A DNA stretch of 64,000 bases. Source: Sporopachydermia quercuum. Taxonomy: Eukaryota. The notes under the pieces were generated by a model. That model was not told where the DNA came from, made no database searches, and saw nothing but the letters and a program-made list of their open reading frames with translations. Below, piece after piece: positions 34,554-46,270 of the stretch (position 1 is the first letter of the stretch; each line of letters starts with the position of its first letter). A program made the translations under genes and the position numbers. The stretch covers positions 1,860,001 to 1,924,000 of the forward strand of contig BCGN01000002.1 of the NCBI GenBank assembly GCA_001599295.1, given 5' to 3'.

Positions 34554-36869
34554 ATGAACTCAGCCCATCCTCATAACCATGCCAAGGTTGTTGTTCCTGA
34601 GTATGTTATACGGATTTAATTGTAGATCAAGTTAGTTAGCTAATCGGANAAACTGTTGTTTTTGCTGANTCCTAACTTGTATTATATTTAGACTACTGGA
34701 AGCAGAGATCGGAGAATCAGTGGGAGGAAGAACTGCTTCACTGATTACATTCCGAGAGTTAGGTCCTCCGGATTTGGTTCATTTGACAAAAGTGCATAAG
34801 CAATCAGGGAAGAAGGTATGTTGAAATTTATGTAGAAATAAGAATTATGTTCACTAAGCGGTGAGAATGGTATCACTATCATGATACTGGGCCCATTGGT
34901 GTTCAAATAAGATAGATATTAACGAGCTTAGAACGGAACGTACCATTTTGTAACAGGATTAGATGCATCATCATCAGCTCCATTAGCGGCTTATTTAACA
35001 ACATTGACATATATCCTGGGAGAAAATCAACTTTGGTTTGGTAAACCTCAACAATGGAAAATCAACGCTGGTGTCTATTGTTGTTATAATGTATTTTCTA
35101 AAGTTGATTTACGTGTCAGAGTAGAGATCCCAGGCTCCGTCGAAGCATATGTTGTTGACTCTAAAGGAACAAAGAAACCAGCAACTGATGCTTTATGGTT
35201 AGAAACATTTATTTCAGCTTTTGTAAGGGCTATNTTATATACAGAAGATGATACGCATTACATTACGGGATGTCGACGATTGAACCCTTTAGTTGATCCC
35301 ACTGACTCTAAAAGGATATATGAAGCATTCAAAGTCTTGTTCCTTAAGGGTTCTCAACTAGGTGCGGCGAATGATGTTCAAGTGCCAACTGTAGTATCAA
35401 ATCATCTTGTAGATGCATTTGTTAGATTTACTGAGTTAACAGGAATGTACGACGATGCTTTAGAAATCTTAAATACATTACTGGAAAGTGAACCTGCATT
35501 TGTCACATTAGTTGCGAAGTTAACGTTAATGAAGGGCGAAGAGATTGCAGCAGTTAAGTTGATGCATGATACCATCGAACTAGACCCTCAGAATGCTGAT
35601 ATGTTAGCATTACAAGGTTCTTATGTTTTAGAAAAAGGGAGAGCTGATTTGGCTCTACCGCCAGCTATTCAAGCTGTAAATTTGGCTCCTTCAGAATTTA
35701 GATCTTGGGCAACATTAGTCAAAGTTTACACTGCTCTTGGAGACTACGAAAGTGCTCTTTTGACACTCAACTCATGTCCTATGTATGGACATAAAGAAAA
35801 CGATGTTCAAAAGATTCCCACACCGGCCAGAGTGCATCTTCCATTACCAGCCGATGGAATCCTTGATGAAGTATGGGATATTAATGCTGGTACAGCATTT
35901 CAAGAAAGTGTCGATCAAGCATTGTTAAAACTTCCTGCGCCTAGTTTAAGATCAACTTTTGCAAAAGCTTATGAACTTTTAACAGAAATTGTCTCTAAAA
36001 TTGGATGGGATGTTCTCCTGAAATGTAGATCGTCCGTTTTTGTTATGGAGGAAGAATATAGAAAAGAAAGCGTAGTGGATGATGCAGAAACAGCGAATGG
36101 TTCATTAGAGAGTGAACAGTCAACGAATGGCAGAGCTTTAGATGGTCAGCTGAACTATACATCAACTCCAGAAAAGGCTAAGAAGGCATCGAGTAGCTCT
36201 GGAGCTGAGAAAATCAGTGAAGATGGAAGTTCTTTGAAAACAAACGCTTCTCGTATAGGATTAAGGTCAAGAGGATCATTGAGCACTAATAGTGTATCTG
36301 AATCATTCAAAAACAAGAGATTGTGTGAAAGGTGGTTGGATAACCTATTCATGGTTTTATATGAAGACCTCAGAGTATTCGCCATTTGGCAAGCAGAAAT
36401 GCAACACTATAGGGCTCAACAATTACAATATAGAAAAAGCGCAATCGAATGGGAAATTCTTGGTATGACTGCTTATAGATTGCATCATTATGAAGAAGCG
36501 GCAGAAGCTTTCNGTTCCAGTTTAACTGCTAGATTCTCNCATAGAGTCACTTGGAAGCTGTTTGATTATTACATCAACATGAAGAAATATAATCGGAAAC
36601 ATAAAAACTATGCTTCCAACCAATCTGATGCTCTGGCTGATGCTTTAATGGACTGTACAGTAAAACTCAGTGCTTGGAATCATCGGTGGTACACTGAATT
36701 CTCTCCAAGGCTGTTAATTCAATTGAAAGAATTGGTCGCTGAAGAAGGAATGACTAAAGTAAAAAGTAAAGTGTTCGCCAAGTACTCACCTCAGTCTGTT
36801 GTTGAATTAATGGATCAATCTTTTGCTCTTCTTAAGAAGTTCAAATCTTTTGGTGTCGAACAGTCTTGA
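34554..36869 (+). CDS. BCH1: ChAPs-family exomer subunit (Bch1/Bud7-like); exons 34554-34600, 34692-34815, 34932-36869
   Basis: Spliced N-terminus VVPE|LLE...RELGPPDLVHL..|NGTYHFVTGLDASSSA; YCCYNVFSKVDLRV, ALLTLNSCPM, KRLCERWLDNLF..LYEDL. Confidence 0.88.
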
Positions 36870-37177
36870 CGAATATAAGTATTAGTATTGGTTGATTATG
36901 TCAGTCGAATAGACAATAGTGGAGTCCTGAAACCAATGCATCAATTAACTAAAAGCAGATAGGAACAATAAGAAGTAATACATTCAAAAACAATATCAAA
37001 ATCTTTTTAATAACTTGAATTCAAGTTTATGGGTGAAAGAACCAAACGCTGTAAGATTCATCAGACCCTACTATAAGCTTTATAAGATAAATGATACACG
37101 GTAACACCATATTATTCCATCCCTTTACTTCTTTTCTATCCTAGCTAACCAGCCGTCTTAATTTTTTTCCTTTGCTT

Positions 37178-38734
37178 TTAGTGAAAGTTTGTTACATCCA
37201 CCTTTCCAAATACAATCCATATTCCGAAACTATACAAAAACTTCACAACCCCGCTCAACATAAATCCATAGCCAACGAACTTCAACCCATGAACGGCTAA
37301 TACACTACCCATTACTTCTAGTCCAATTGTTTGAGCCAGTGTCTTAATCAAATTGACAAAAGCTATGACACTTGTTCTATTTTCTGGTGCTATGAAAGTT
37401 GATAGAAACGCATGCTTAGGTCCTATATCCATGGCCGAGGTTATAGATCTCAAAAATAAAAAACACAGTGAGAATACTAACTGGTTTTCTGAGGGTATTG
37501 GTATTAATATCAGAAAGACGCCAGCAAACGCTTGAGAAATAACCATTGTCTTAATAGGACCTAAATGACGAGTAACGGTTGTTCCTAACAGTGAACAAGT
37601 ACAACTGATCATACTATAACAAAAAAATATAGTTCCAAGTTGTGAATGGTTCAGATGGTCTCCAAATTTACGTGAAATGAAAAACGAACTCCATGAGTTA
37701 GATGATAGTGACTGAGAGAAAGAATCCATTGCNAAAAATAATGTCAATGGAATCAGTAAGGACAGTTTTGTAGTTTCGCATAGATTTGGGATGAGCCACT
37801 GAATAGTTCTTTCGATGAATGAACTATGGTGTTGTTGCACAGATATTGAGGCAGCAGGGGTTTCTTCTGTATATTTGACAGGTGTACCTGAAAGCAGATT
37901 ATCTGTTTCTATAGCCGATGCTATGGAAAACGAAGTCTCTGCTGATGTTATCGATTCTGCTTCTCTGTCATAGGCAACTTCGGTCCTTTTTTTATTTACA
38001 GGTGAATAGGAAAGGTCAGGTTTCCTTTGCTGTTGTTGTGCTTGTTGAAGTCTAGTTGATCCCTGTTCTACTTTTCCACTTAATAGCATATTCAAAACCA
38101 ATAATAACATTGAAGTAAAACTGTTGACTAGAAATAAAATACGATATGCATCAACAATTGATGTTACCCCAAAATAATGATGCTTCAATAGAAGATTTAC
38201 TGTTGCCCCAGCAATGAAAGATCCAGTTGCAGTTCCAAACTGTCCAAGAAATGTGTACCAAGTGAAAACATCAGCCCGTTTCTCATAAGGAACAATTAGT
38301 GAAATTGAACTTTGTTCGATTGATCTGAAAGGACCGACCTCTCCACCTGTTGGTGTCACCACACCAAATACTGCTGACGCCAGTAATATATAATAGTTCC
38401 GATAGAAAGTGAATACCAATCCTGGTAAGATCATCAGCAAAGANCTGACCTGAAGAACTAATCTTCTTCCTATTCTCTCTGCCAAAAGGGCAAAAAAGTA
38501 TGATGCTATCAGGTCACCAATAAATGTGAGGGTAAGAAATGTGCCTATTTGTTCTGGAGAAAACCCGGATGTATCAAGAAATAAGACTAGAACTAGAGAA
38601 GACTGACCAAATGAAACCAATCTGATGAATCTACATAGAATAAGAAGATGAATATCATATGGTGAATTGATCAGCGTGTGAATCCCAAGCTCTGAAGGAA
38701 TTTTGTTAAACAACAAATGATATAAAGTGCTCAT
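37178..38734 (-). CDS. MFS transporter of unknown substrate
   Basis: Multiple TM segments; AERIGRR MFS loop motif; GGEVGPFRSIEQS. Confidence 0.85.
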   Translation of the reverse strand: MSTLYHLLFNKIPSELGIHTLINSPYDIHLLILCRFIRLVSFGQSSLVLVLFLDTSGFSPEQIGTFLTLTFIGDLIASYFFALLAERIGRRLVLQVXSLLMILPGLVFTFYRNYYILLASAVFGVVTPTGGEVGPFRSIEQSSISLIVPYEKRADVFTWYTFLGQFGTATGSFIAGATVNLLLKHHYFGVTSIVDAYRILFLVNSFTSMLLLVLNMLLSGKVEQGSTRLQQAQQQQRKPDLSYSPVNKKRTEVAYDREAESITSAETSFSIASAIETDNLLSGTPVKYTEETPAASISVQQHHSSFIERTIQWLIPNLCETTKLSLLIPLTLFXAMDSFSQSLSSNSWSSFFISRKFGDHLNHSQLGTIFFCYSMISCTCSLLGTTVTRHLGPIKTMVISQAFAGVFLILIPIPSENQLVFSLCFLFLRSITSAMDIGPKHAFLSTFIAPENRTSVIAFVNLIKTLAQTIGLEVMGSVLAVHGLKFVGYGFMLSGVVKFLYSFGIWIVFGKVDVTNFH

Positions 38735-39930
38735 TGTGAATATGACAGATAATAGGTGACCAGCGGAATATATATGTAGGGGAAGCGGAAGGAACGTGTT
38801 AGTCCTAGCGANTGATCGTGTATTTGGAGACTGTCAAATCATTTGATAAGAGACCTGTCAGCTTTAATCGTTTAATTTTATATTTATTCAATGTAATATC
38901 CTTCAAGGGAACGAGAAATTGCTTATTCAAAAAAGAGGTTTGAATGAACTGTTTTGATTGTTCTGATTGATAGTTCTCTCGAGACAGAACAACTGAGTAT
39001 GATAAAGTCTATTTAAGGTTGTTAAACCTAATTCTTTTTAACCGTCATCTTAACTATTTGAGTCTTTCAATTCAAACTCTTTAAGAAGTGAGTAGTTTTG
39101 AAGATCCCGAACTTAGTGGGGTTGAAAAGACCAGGAAACTATTTANGATAAGGCATTGTTTTGGGGGAATCCGATATTTAGTAGAATGCATTTTGGCAAT
39201 TGACAGTCTATGGATTGCGAATTTTCATTTGATATTATCTTCACAATGAATGAGAAAGGTATTTGAATAAAGTTCAAAGTCTAATAAATAAGGTTTGAAT
39301 AATAAACAAGTTGGTTGCATGGAAAAGTAAATCGTGGAGATCGATGGAATAATTTATGAAGCTACCAATTGATTATTTTTTTGGAGCGAACGGTCAATTA
39401 ACAGTCATAAGAGTTATTTGAAAATATTTAACAACATGACCAGAAGATAGATTGATAGTGGTTAGTCGTAATCAATGTATAGTTGATTAATCTTATCAGT
39501 TCTACGTCTCCGAGACACTACTTACTGTAGAACAATTGAATTCAGTACTCAAATCCCACATTGATTGAGTTACTTCTTTCGGTAGATAAAGAAGAAGGTT
39601 AAACCGCCAAGAATTGNTTTATATAATACCATGAAAGAAATTGCAGTACTTATTGTATAGAATAACTAAAAGAACACTATTTTTTACCCAAAACTATCAC
39701 AATGCAAGTGAAGCTTTTTTTATACATTATCTTGCATTATCTGTTGGGATTCAACAATTGACATCTCAACCAATTCTGGGGGTTTCTTCGTTATAAACCC
39801 AGGAACTAGGATATTATATGATTAGGAGCTTGAATTTCAGGTTGGGTTTTGCTAATATAGTTCTATTTAGTGACAATAATGAAAAATATCGTTGTGTTAT
39901 TGTTCTAGTATCACATCTTCCTCCAGCCGC

Positions 39931-39958
39931 TTAAAGTTCTTGGTTAGTGCAACTTTAA
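39931..39958. repeat. Gapped palindrome TTAAAGTT-N12-AACTTTAA, copy 2
   Basis: Same arms and spacer length as 1948-1975. Confidence 0.6.
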
Positions 39959-40462
39959 TCAGTAAGGTTTGCGAGGTTCAAATACCTGCAAGGTACGAAG
40001 TTGNNCCATCAAGAAAACTAAGCAAGTTGTGAAGGGGCTGTGATTTAGGCTGCTCTATCATGTCAATGCACTTTCTCTTTCCGTATCTTTTTTTCTTTGC
40101 TTTCATTATTCTTCAAATTTTGTTTTTGCAAGAATCAAATTTTAAGCTGAAATTGTTGGCCGGCAAGAGAATGGTTTTCTATCATTAGCGAATCAAAAGA
40201 AAAAAAACCAGCATAAGTTTGATCTCATCAATTATTCTGTATTCGAGTCAAGCGATAGTATGTATGTATAGGAGATCATCATCTTAAGGATTCCTGGTAA
40301 TATCAATCCTGGCTTCTGAACATACTCGACCTATTCTAACTACATCTTTTTAATTAGGTCTCTATATCTTCACCTAACCAGAATTAGAAAACTCAATTGT
40401 TATAACCACTCTAAACATTGTCCCCTGGTTTATGCATGGTATTCCTTACCGTTTACAAGAAG

Positions 40463-40550
40463 TCCCTCATAGCTCAGTTGGTAGAGCGTTCGGCTTTTAA
40501 GACATCAAAAGTCGACCGAAATGTCCAGGGTTCGAGCCCCTGTGAGGGAG
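40463..40550 (+). tRNA. tRNA-Lys(UUU) with 15-nt intron (40500-40514)
   Basis: Acceptor stem TCCCTCA/TGAGGGA, D arm TAGCTCAGTTGGTAGAGC, anticodon TTT at 40496-40498, T loop GGTTCGAGCCC, downstream T-run terminator. Confidence 0.96.
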
Positions 40551-41170
40551 ACCAAATTTTTTTCTTTTCTCTTTTCATGATCAATCAATATAACTTAAAA
40601 TAATAAAAAGGTTCCAATCTTTTATTTATGATAGCATATACTTCCTACATTTTTTTAGGCCGTTCATTATAGGGAAAACACTTGTTGACATACATAGAAA
40701 CATCACTCTCACATTCTAATAAGCAAGTTGTCTCTCTAATCTCCAGACCAATATGGATTGATTAGCTAAACAAGACGCGTTACCTGAGATAAGACTTAAT
40801 TTTTCACTCAATTGAAGTGAATTAACAGATATATTTTGATTGATGTACTTCATAGGAAGTCCATAAATGGACTACTGAATTTTACAATAGCTTTGAATTA
40901 AGCATACCTGCTATTGTTGATATTGATTATATGCTTTCTACTGTGGATTGAAGTGACACTTTTCTACAGCTTATAGAAACGTTTCAATGCAAGTTTGATG
41001 ATCAACCAGATTTCAAGCTTGATTATTGGTTGCTAGCTAAGTGAANTTAAATTGAGATTGATAAAGCAAAGCACTTTCTACTTATTTTATTATTTATTGC
41101 TTTCAACTTTTTTGGTACGAGAATAAAGAAAATAAAACACTGAAATACTATTTAAAAGGATCAAATAAGA

Positions 41171-43585
41171 ATGGGCAGATTCGATAAGAGGAAATTGAAT
41201 GGTGCTCCTGTGAAAGGTCCATTAGTATCATCAGATGGAAGACCTTATAACTACATTGTCGTAGTGGATGCAGGTTCATCAGGTTCAAGACTATATGTCT
41301 ATAATTATCTTTTGCCTGATGATAAGATAAACGGGACTCGAAATGACAGCGAAAATAAATCAAATGTGTTTGAGAGAAATACTCTTATTGAATTACCAGT
41401 AGAACAACATCTTGTTTATAGTTCAACTGATGACATTGACAATGGCAGTAATANCGAATCGACCGATGAATCAGTAGAAGAAGACTTTTTGAATGAGATT
41501 AATCTCATGGGAAGAGAAGCTAATGAGAATATTCGGAAATACAAACTACCAAGAGTCAACACTTACGACACTTGGCACAAGAAAGTCAGACCAGGAATAT
41601 CAACTTTTGCTGACAAGCCGAAGAAAGTAGGGAAAGAACATCTGAAAAAACTATTGAAGAAAGCAAAAGAAGTTATTCCCAGTTCACAAATATCTAGAAC
41701 GCCGTTCTTCCTTCATGCCACTGCTGGCATGAGATTACTGAGACCAAATGAACAGGAAGAAATACTCAATGAAGCTTGTAAATACGTTCAAAGGAAGACC
41801 GATTTTTTCCTTCCTGACTGTAAAACCCATGTCAATATTATTGACGGTGAAACAGAAGGAATATACGCGTGGCTTGCATTGAATTATCTTACAGGCTCCT
41901 TTGATTTTCCTCAGGATCATGATCACGGGCAGGATCATTATACTTACGGTTTATTAGACATGGGTGGAGCTTCCACTCAAATAGTGTTTAGCCCAAACAA
42001 GAAAGAAATCATTGAACATGAAAACTCATTATTCACTGTTAACTTGAGTACTATGGGATCAAATGCACAACCAGCAGACACGAAATCATGGGAGTTNTTC
42101 TCTACCACGTTCTTGGGGTATGGGTTAAATCAGGCCAGAGAAAGATATGAACAATATCTATATGATGATGTAATTGGAGCAAATAATAGACTTGACTTCA
42201 GACTTGATGATAATGAAGATGATAGTGATAGTGATAGCGATGATGACGATGACGATGACGATGACGATAAAAAGAAGGGTAAGAAGAAACAAAAGGAAAA
42301 AGGTACACAAAAGGTGAAAGAAAAGAAACCAGCGTCAGAACCAATAGCAATAGAGGATCCATGCTTACAACCGCTTCTCACGATTAATAATGAAAAACTA
42401 AATACAAAGTTTTTAGGAACGGGAAACTTTACTCAATGCTTTGATAATATTGTTCCTGTTTTAATCGATAGCATGAATTCAACCTCATCGAACACTCAAT
42501 GCACTATCAACGACGGTGATGATGAATTGAGCTCTTGTTTGCTAGATCCAAATTCTGTTCCTTCCTTAGATTTTGATATCAATCATTTTGTTGGAATATC
42601 CAATTATTGGCATCAAACAAAAGGTATTATTGCGGAAGAGGAGTCGTACAATTTCCTGATTTTACAACAGAGATTATCAGACCTTTGCTCAACTGATTGG
42701 TCATCAATTGAAAGAATATATGATCAACAAAAGGCATTTGAGGATAATAGTTCTTCTTGGGACATTCAATTATCAGAATATAAGAAGGATGATCTCAAGA
42801 ATCTTTGTTTTGGAGCATCTTGGGTTTTGTCCGTATTACATGAAGGATTGGGATTCCCGAGGGTAAATCTGAAAGATAATAACCAAAAGGGAACATACTT
42901 AGATCCTTTCCAAGGTGTTGATACTGTGAATGGTACCGAATTATCCTGGACTCTAGGTAGAGCTCTACTATATGTTTCATCAGAAGTTGCCAAAGATCCT
43001 GACTCAGTTGGTTTCTATCATAATAGAAACGAAAATCAGTTTAACTATGGGGGTGAGATTCCGGGGTTGCCTAGTAGGCCATCTTTTGATAAAACAGAGT
43101 TAGATAACCCAAAGGAGACTGATTATAATAATCAATTTGAACATGATTATGAAGTCTATTACGAAACTCATGGATCAAACAATCACGATAATGATGATGG
43201 TTGGAATGATAAATTACTTAAAGGTAACAGGTTCTATGGATTTTTGGTTTTCATTGGTCTAATACTAGCGATCATATGGCTACTACTAGGAAAAGCAAGA
43301 CGTATTAGCTTATGGAATTCACTATTGAAATCACCAATCATTAGAAGATTAAGGGTAGCAATTCCTGAGAATCTATATAGACCATTAGGAGGCTCCAATA
43401 ACGATTTAATGTTGAGTAATCATACTGATCTTGAACTTGGAGATTTATCAACGGAAAACAACAGTAAAAACTCAAATGGAAATAATGAAAGTGGAACAAA
43501 TCAATTCACCTTATCTGATTCTGAAGATAGTGATAGCAGTGGAAGGGAAGTTGAAAACAGCTTACCAAAAGATACTGTGAAATGA
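41171..43585 (+). CDS. YND1: Golgi apyrase (GDA1/CD39 NTPDase family)
   Basis: DAGSSGSR, HATAGMRLL, GETEGIYAW, DMGGASTQ, SWTLG; C-terminal TM segment. Confidence 0.9.
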   Translation: MGRFDKRKLNGAPVKGPLVSSDGRPYNYIVVVDAGSSGSRLYVYNYLLPDDKINGTRNDSENKSNVFERNTLIELPVEQHLVYSSTDDIDNGSNXESTDESVEEDFLNEINLMGREANENIRKYKLPRVNTYDTWHKKVRPGISTFADKPKKVGKEHLKKLLKKAKEVIPSSQISRTPFFLHATAGMRLLRPNEQEEILNEACKYVQRKTDFFLPDCKTHVNIIDGETEGIYAWLALNYLTGSFDFPQDHDHGQDHYTYGLLDMGGASTQIVFSPNKKEIIEHENSLFTVNLSTMGSNAQPADTKSWEXFSTTFLGYGLNQARERYEQYLYDDVIGANNRLDFRLDDNEDDSDSDSDDDDDDDDDDKKKGKKKQKEKGTQKVKEKKPASEPIAIEDPCLQPLLTINNEKLNTKFLGTGNFTQCFDNIVPVLIDSMNSTSSNTQCTINDGDDELSSCLLDPNSVPSLDFDINHFVGISNYWHQTKGIIAEEESYNFLILQQRLSDLCSTDWSSIERIYDQQKAFEDNSSSWDIQLSEYKKDDLKNLCFGASWVLSVLHEGLGFPRVNLKDNNQKGTYLDPFQGVDTVNGTELSWTLGRALLYVSSEVAKDPDSVGFYHNRNENQFNYGGEIPGLPSRPSFDKTELDNPKETDYNNQFEHDYEVYYETHGSNNHDNDDGWNDKLLKGNRFYGFLVFIGLILAIIWLLLGKARRISLWNSLLKSPIIRRLRVAIPENLYRPLGGSNNDLMLSNHTDLELGDLSTENNSKNSNGNNESGTNQFTLSDSEDSDSSGREVENSLPKDTVK
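42208..42268 (+). repeat. GAY-rich tract encoding a poly-Asp/Ser insertion in the apyrase
   Basis: gatgataatgaagatgatagtgatagtgatagcgatgatgacgatgacgatgacgatgacgat. Confidence 0.8.
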
Positions 43586-43950
43586 GAAGATGAAAAAAAT
43601 AAAGGTAATTGTTAAGTAAATATCAGTTTAGATTTTAGATCAAATAAAATAAGCACAATCCAAGTTTGTTAAGAAAGATGTTGCTATCAAATAAGCCATT
43701 TCAGCTCGTACAGTGAAGAGACACAATATGACATAAATGCTATAAAGTAAGTAGACAATAGGTTGTTGATCAGAAAGAGAATACTAAGTACAAGGCAACA
43801 ATGATGAACCAACACCAGAATAATACAACTTCGCCAATTTACTACATATGAATATAAACAATTATATAATAAATATATAATCAAAAGTCAGTTTTCGAAT
43901 AGTTTATTTTCTTTCTTGATAGAAGGAAAGAAAGAGGAAGGGGAAAAAAA

Positions 43951-44074
43951 GATTGCAGTACCTGATTTTCGCGTATGGGGTCTCCCACTACACTACTCCG
44001 TTGGACTCTTAGCAGCTTAACTACTGTTGATCGGACGGGAAACGATGCTTTCTACTAGATATGGCGGCGCAACT
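43951..44074 (-). rRNA. Dispersed 5S rRNA gene, divergent and possibly a pseudogene
   Basis: Minus strand reads AGTTGCGCCGCCATATCTAGTAGAAAGCATCGTTTCCCGTCCGATCAAC...GTAGTGTAGTGGGAGACCCCATACGCGAAAATCAGGTACTGCAATC followed by a T7 terminator. Confidence 0.92.
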
Positions 44075-44258
44075 GGCAGTAAAACATGTTCCTTGGACTT
44101 AATATGAAGTGCTGAAACAATTAGCGACTTTCATTAAATTGCATTTCTTATAAAAATNCATAACACATAGGGAAACCAATCATGAAGTAAAATGAGGTAA
44201 AGTAAAATAAGTAAAACAAAGTAGAGTTAATAGAAAACAAAGCACATCAACTAAATAA

Positions 44259-45344
44259 CTAATTCCAGAACCAACCACCACCTTTCTTCGAATTAGATGA
44301 ACTATTATCCTCATCAAATAGTGTCAAGTCTAAAGATGTATCATTACTCAATTTCTCAAAACTTCCTGGAGGTTCAGTATTTTCATTCTCAATGGTCTCA
44401 CAAGTTCCATCATTGAACCACTTCTTTTTAGTTTCTTTGGTATAGATAGAACCATCGGGTAAAGTCTTCAATTCAGTCGAAATAGAAGTGCCAGTTACTC
44501 TCTTCTCATTTTCACCTGATGTCAACGCACTGGTTGCGCCATGAGATTTATTTTTATACTCCTCTTTACGTCTCTCTCGCTCTTTCTTGTATAAGGCTAA
44601 CCTTTTCCTATTCTCCTCTTTGATAACAGCTTTCATTGATGACTTCCAGTTCATCAATTCTTCAAAAGCTGTGAAATATGATTTTCCATATTCATCCCTC
44701 TTATTCAAATCAACATATCCAGTTGTATCTTCAGTACTATTAGGGAATAAACATTTCCAAATTCCATGTCTATTCCAAACACCAGTACCGTTGATTTCGT
44801 TACATTTATCGTAATGATCAACACTTGGAACCGGATATGCCCATAAAATACCTGATCTTGTTGTCCCTTCTTTCACTATTCTTCTACTCCAGCGAGAAGG
44901 ACCAAATGAACCAAACCCATTAAAAGGAATGAAATTACCAAAAGGCTTCCCTTCACCTAAACCATTATTAGAGTTCGTAATTGATGAAGGTGCAGATGTT
45001 CTTCTTTCATCAAAATCATCAAGTAAGGTGCTTGATCTTTGAAAAGTACTGAACTTGTCGGATTCTTTTAACCAGTCATTTATTTCATCATCATATTTGT
45101 CTGAAGTGAAAACATCTGTCCAACTTTTCCCTTCATCTTTGATTGTTTGAATAATATTTGATAATGAGCTTGATGTTAAATTAAGTGCTTTGTGAACTGT
45201 GTCGTTAATTGTTGATACATTTGTAGCAACTTGCCTTTGGAGATCATTCAATTGTCGATCAACCTCACCAAAACTGTCGATCTCAGCTCCGTTGTTTTTG
45301 CTTTTATTCAATGCTGAATCGCTCTTTGATTTATCTGTACACAT
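44259..45344 (-). CDS. Mpm1-like (mitochondrial peculiar membrane protein) / conserved fungal protein
   Basis: WAYPVPS..Y.KC....G..VW...G.W.CLFP motif and a GWFW C-terminus resemble the Mpm1 family as recalled. Confidence 0.55.
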   Translation of the reverse strand: MCTDKSKSDSALNKSKNNGAEIDSFGEVDRQLNDLQRQVATNVSTINDTVHKALNLTSSSLSNIIQTIKDEGKSWTDVFTSDKYDDEINDWLKESDKFSTFQRSSTLLDDFDERRTSAPSSITNSNNGLGEGKPFGNFIPFNGFGSFGPSRWSRRIVKEGTTRSGILWAYPVPSVDHYDKCNEINGTGVWNRHGIWKCLFPNSTEDTTGYVDLNKRDEYGKSYFTAFEELMNWKSSMKAVIKEENRKRLALYKKERERRKEEYKNKSHGATSALTSGENEKRVTGTSISTELKTLPDGSIYTKETKKKWFNDGTCETIENENTEPPGSFEKLSNDTSLDLTLFDEDNSSSNSKKGGGWFWN

Positions 45345-46260
45345 GTTAAGTTCCTTATGCCAAAAGCCAAAATCAAAGAAACGATCGATAACATATACTC
45401 AATGCTCAATCTTCTATGGCCTTATAACCTGCCCTATGCAATATTTGATGAACAGTTGATATATCTAACTAGTTGTGTAATAGTATATAGTGAAACTACT
45501 GTCTTATCGTTTAAATAGTAGCTTTACCTACTGCATTAACTGTCAATTTCTTTGAAATCTACCATTAAAAAGTGCTAGCCATCATAATCACTGCAGTTAG
45601 TTTAAATAGAGGGAGAAAATAATGCTAGTCATAATAGTTTAGATAACGGAATGAGCTGTTTGCCTTCAGAACTCAGAATCTTACATAGAAAGTAGAATTT
45701 TCTAGTTTAGTGAGTTGATGAGTTTAAAGTAGGAAATAAGGTTTGAAAGGATGGAATTAGAGTTGAGTCTTATTGAACTTGGAATGAAAGATTAGGAGAT
45801 TGAAAACGGCTATTTAATGCTCTTTTTGATAAAATACAAACTATTGACTATAAAACAGATGTGAAAGATTGTTACAAGAAGCAGTAATTTTTCTTTAATT
45901 CGTTGAACAACGAAGAGTTTTCCTAGACAATAATACCCAGGTTTAAATGGTAATGAAATTACCTGCTGTAAAGTCAAATTGGAGTTTAATTAAGGTTTCC
46001 AACTTTAAGGCTTCTCTTTCCTTGCCACTATTGTCTATTTTGTAGTCACTTTGCTACGTAAATGTTTTATAAATGAATGATTAAAGCACTCTTAGATCAA
46101 ATATGGGAACTAATTATAGTTAGGAGTTTTTCTAAGGATATTAAAGTGTTTTGCCCTCGAAAACCTTTGTTTGCTTCCTGTCATCGAAGCCAATAATCGA
46201 TGATGGACTCAACAATCAGAGCACTGTACTATGGGAAATGAGACACCTAAAAATTGTTGT

Positions 46261-46270
46261 ATCACGTGAC
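46261..46270. promoter_or_regulatory. Palindromic Cbf1-type E-box ATCACGTGAC in a divergent promoter
   Basis: Lies between the Mpm1-like and CLD1-like genes. Confidence 0.35.

Noticed and set aside
44075..44200. Possible tRNA-5S dicistronic gene as in Yarrowia
   Set aside because: No tRNA structure is visible upstream of the 5S on the minus strand.
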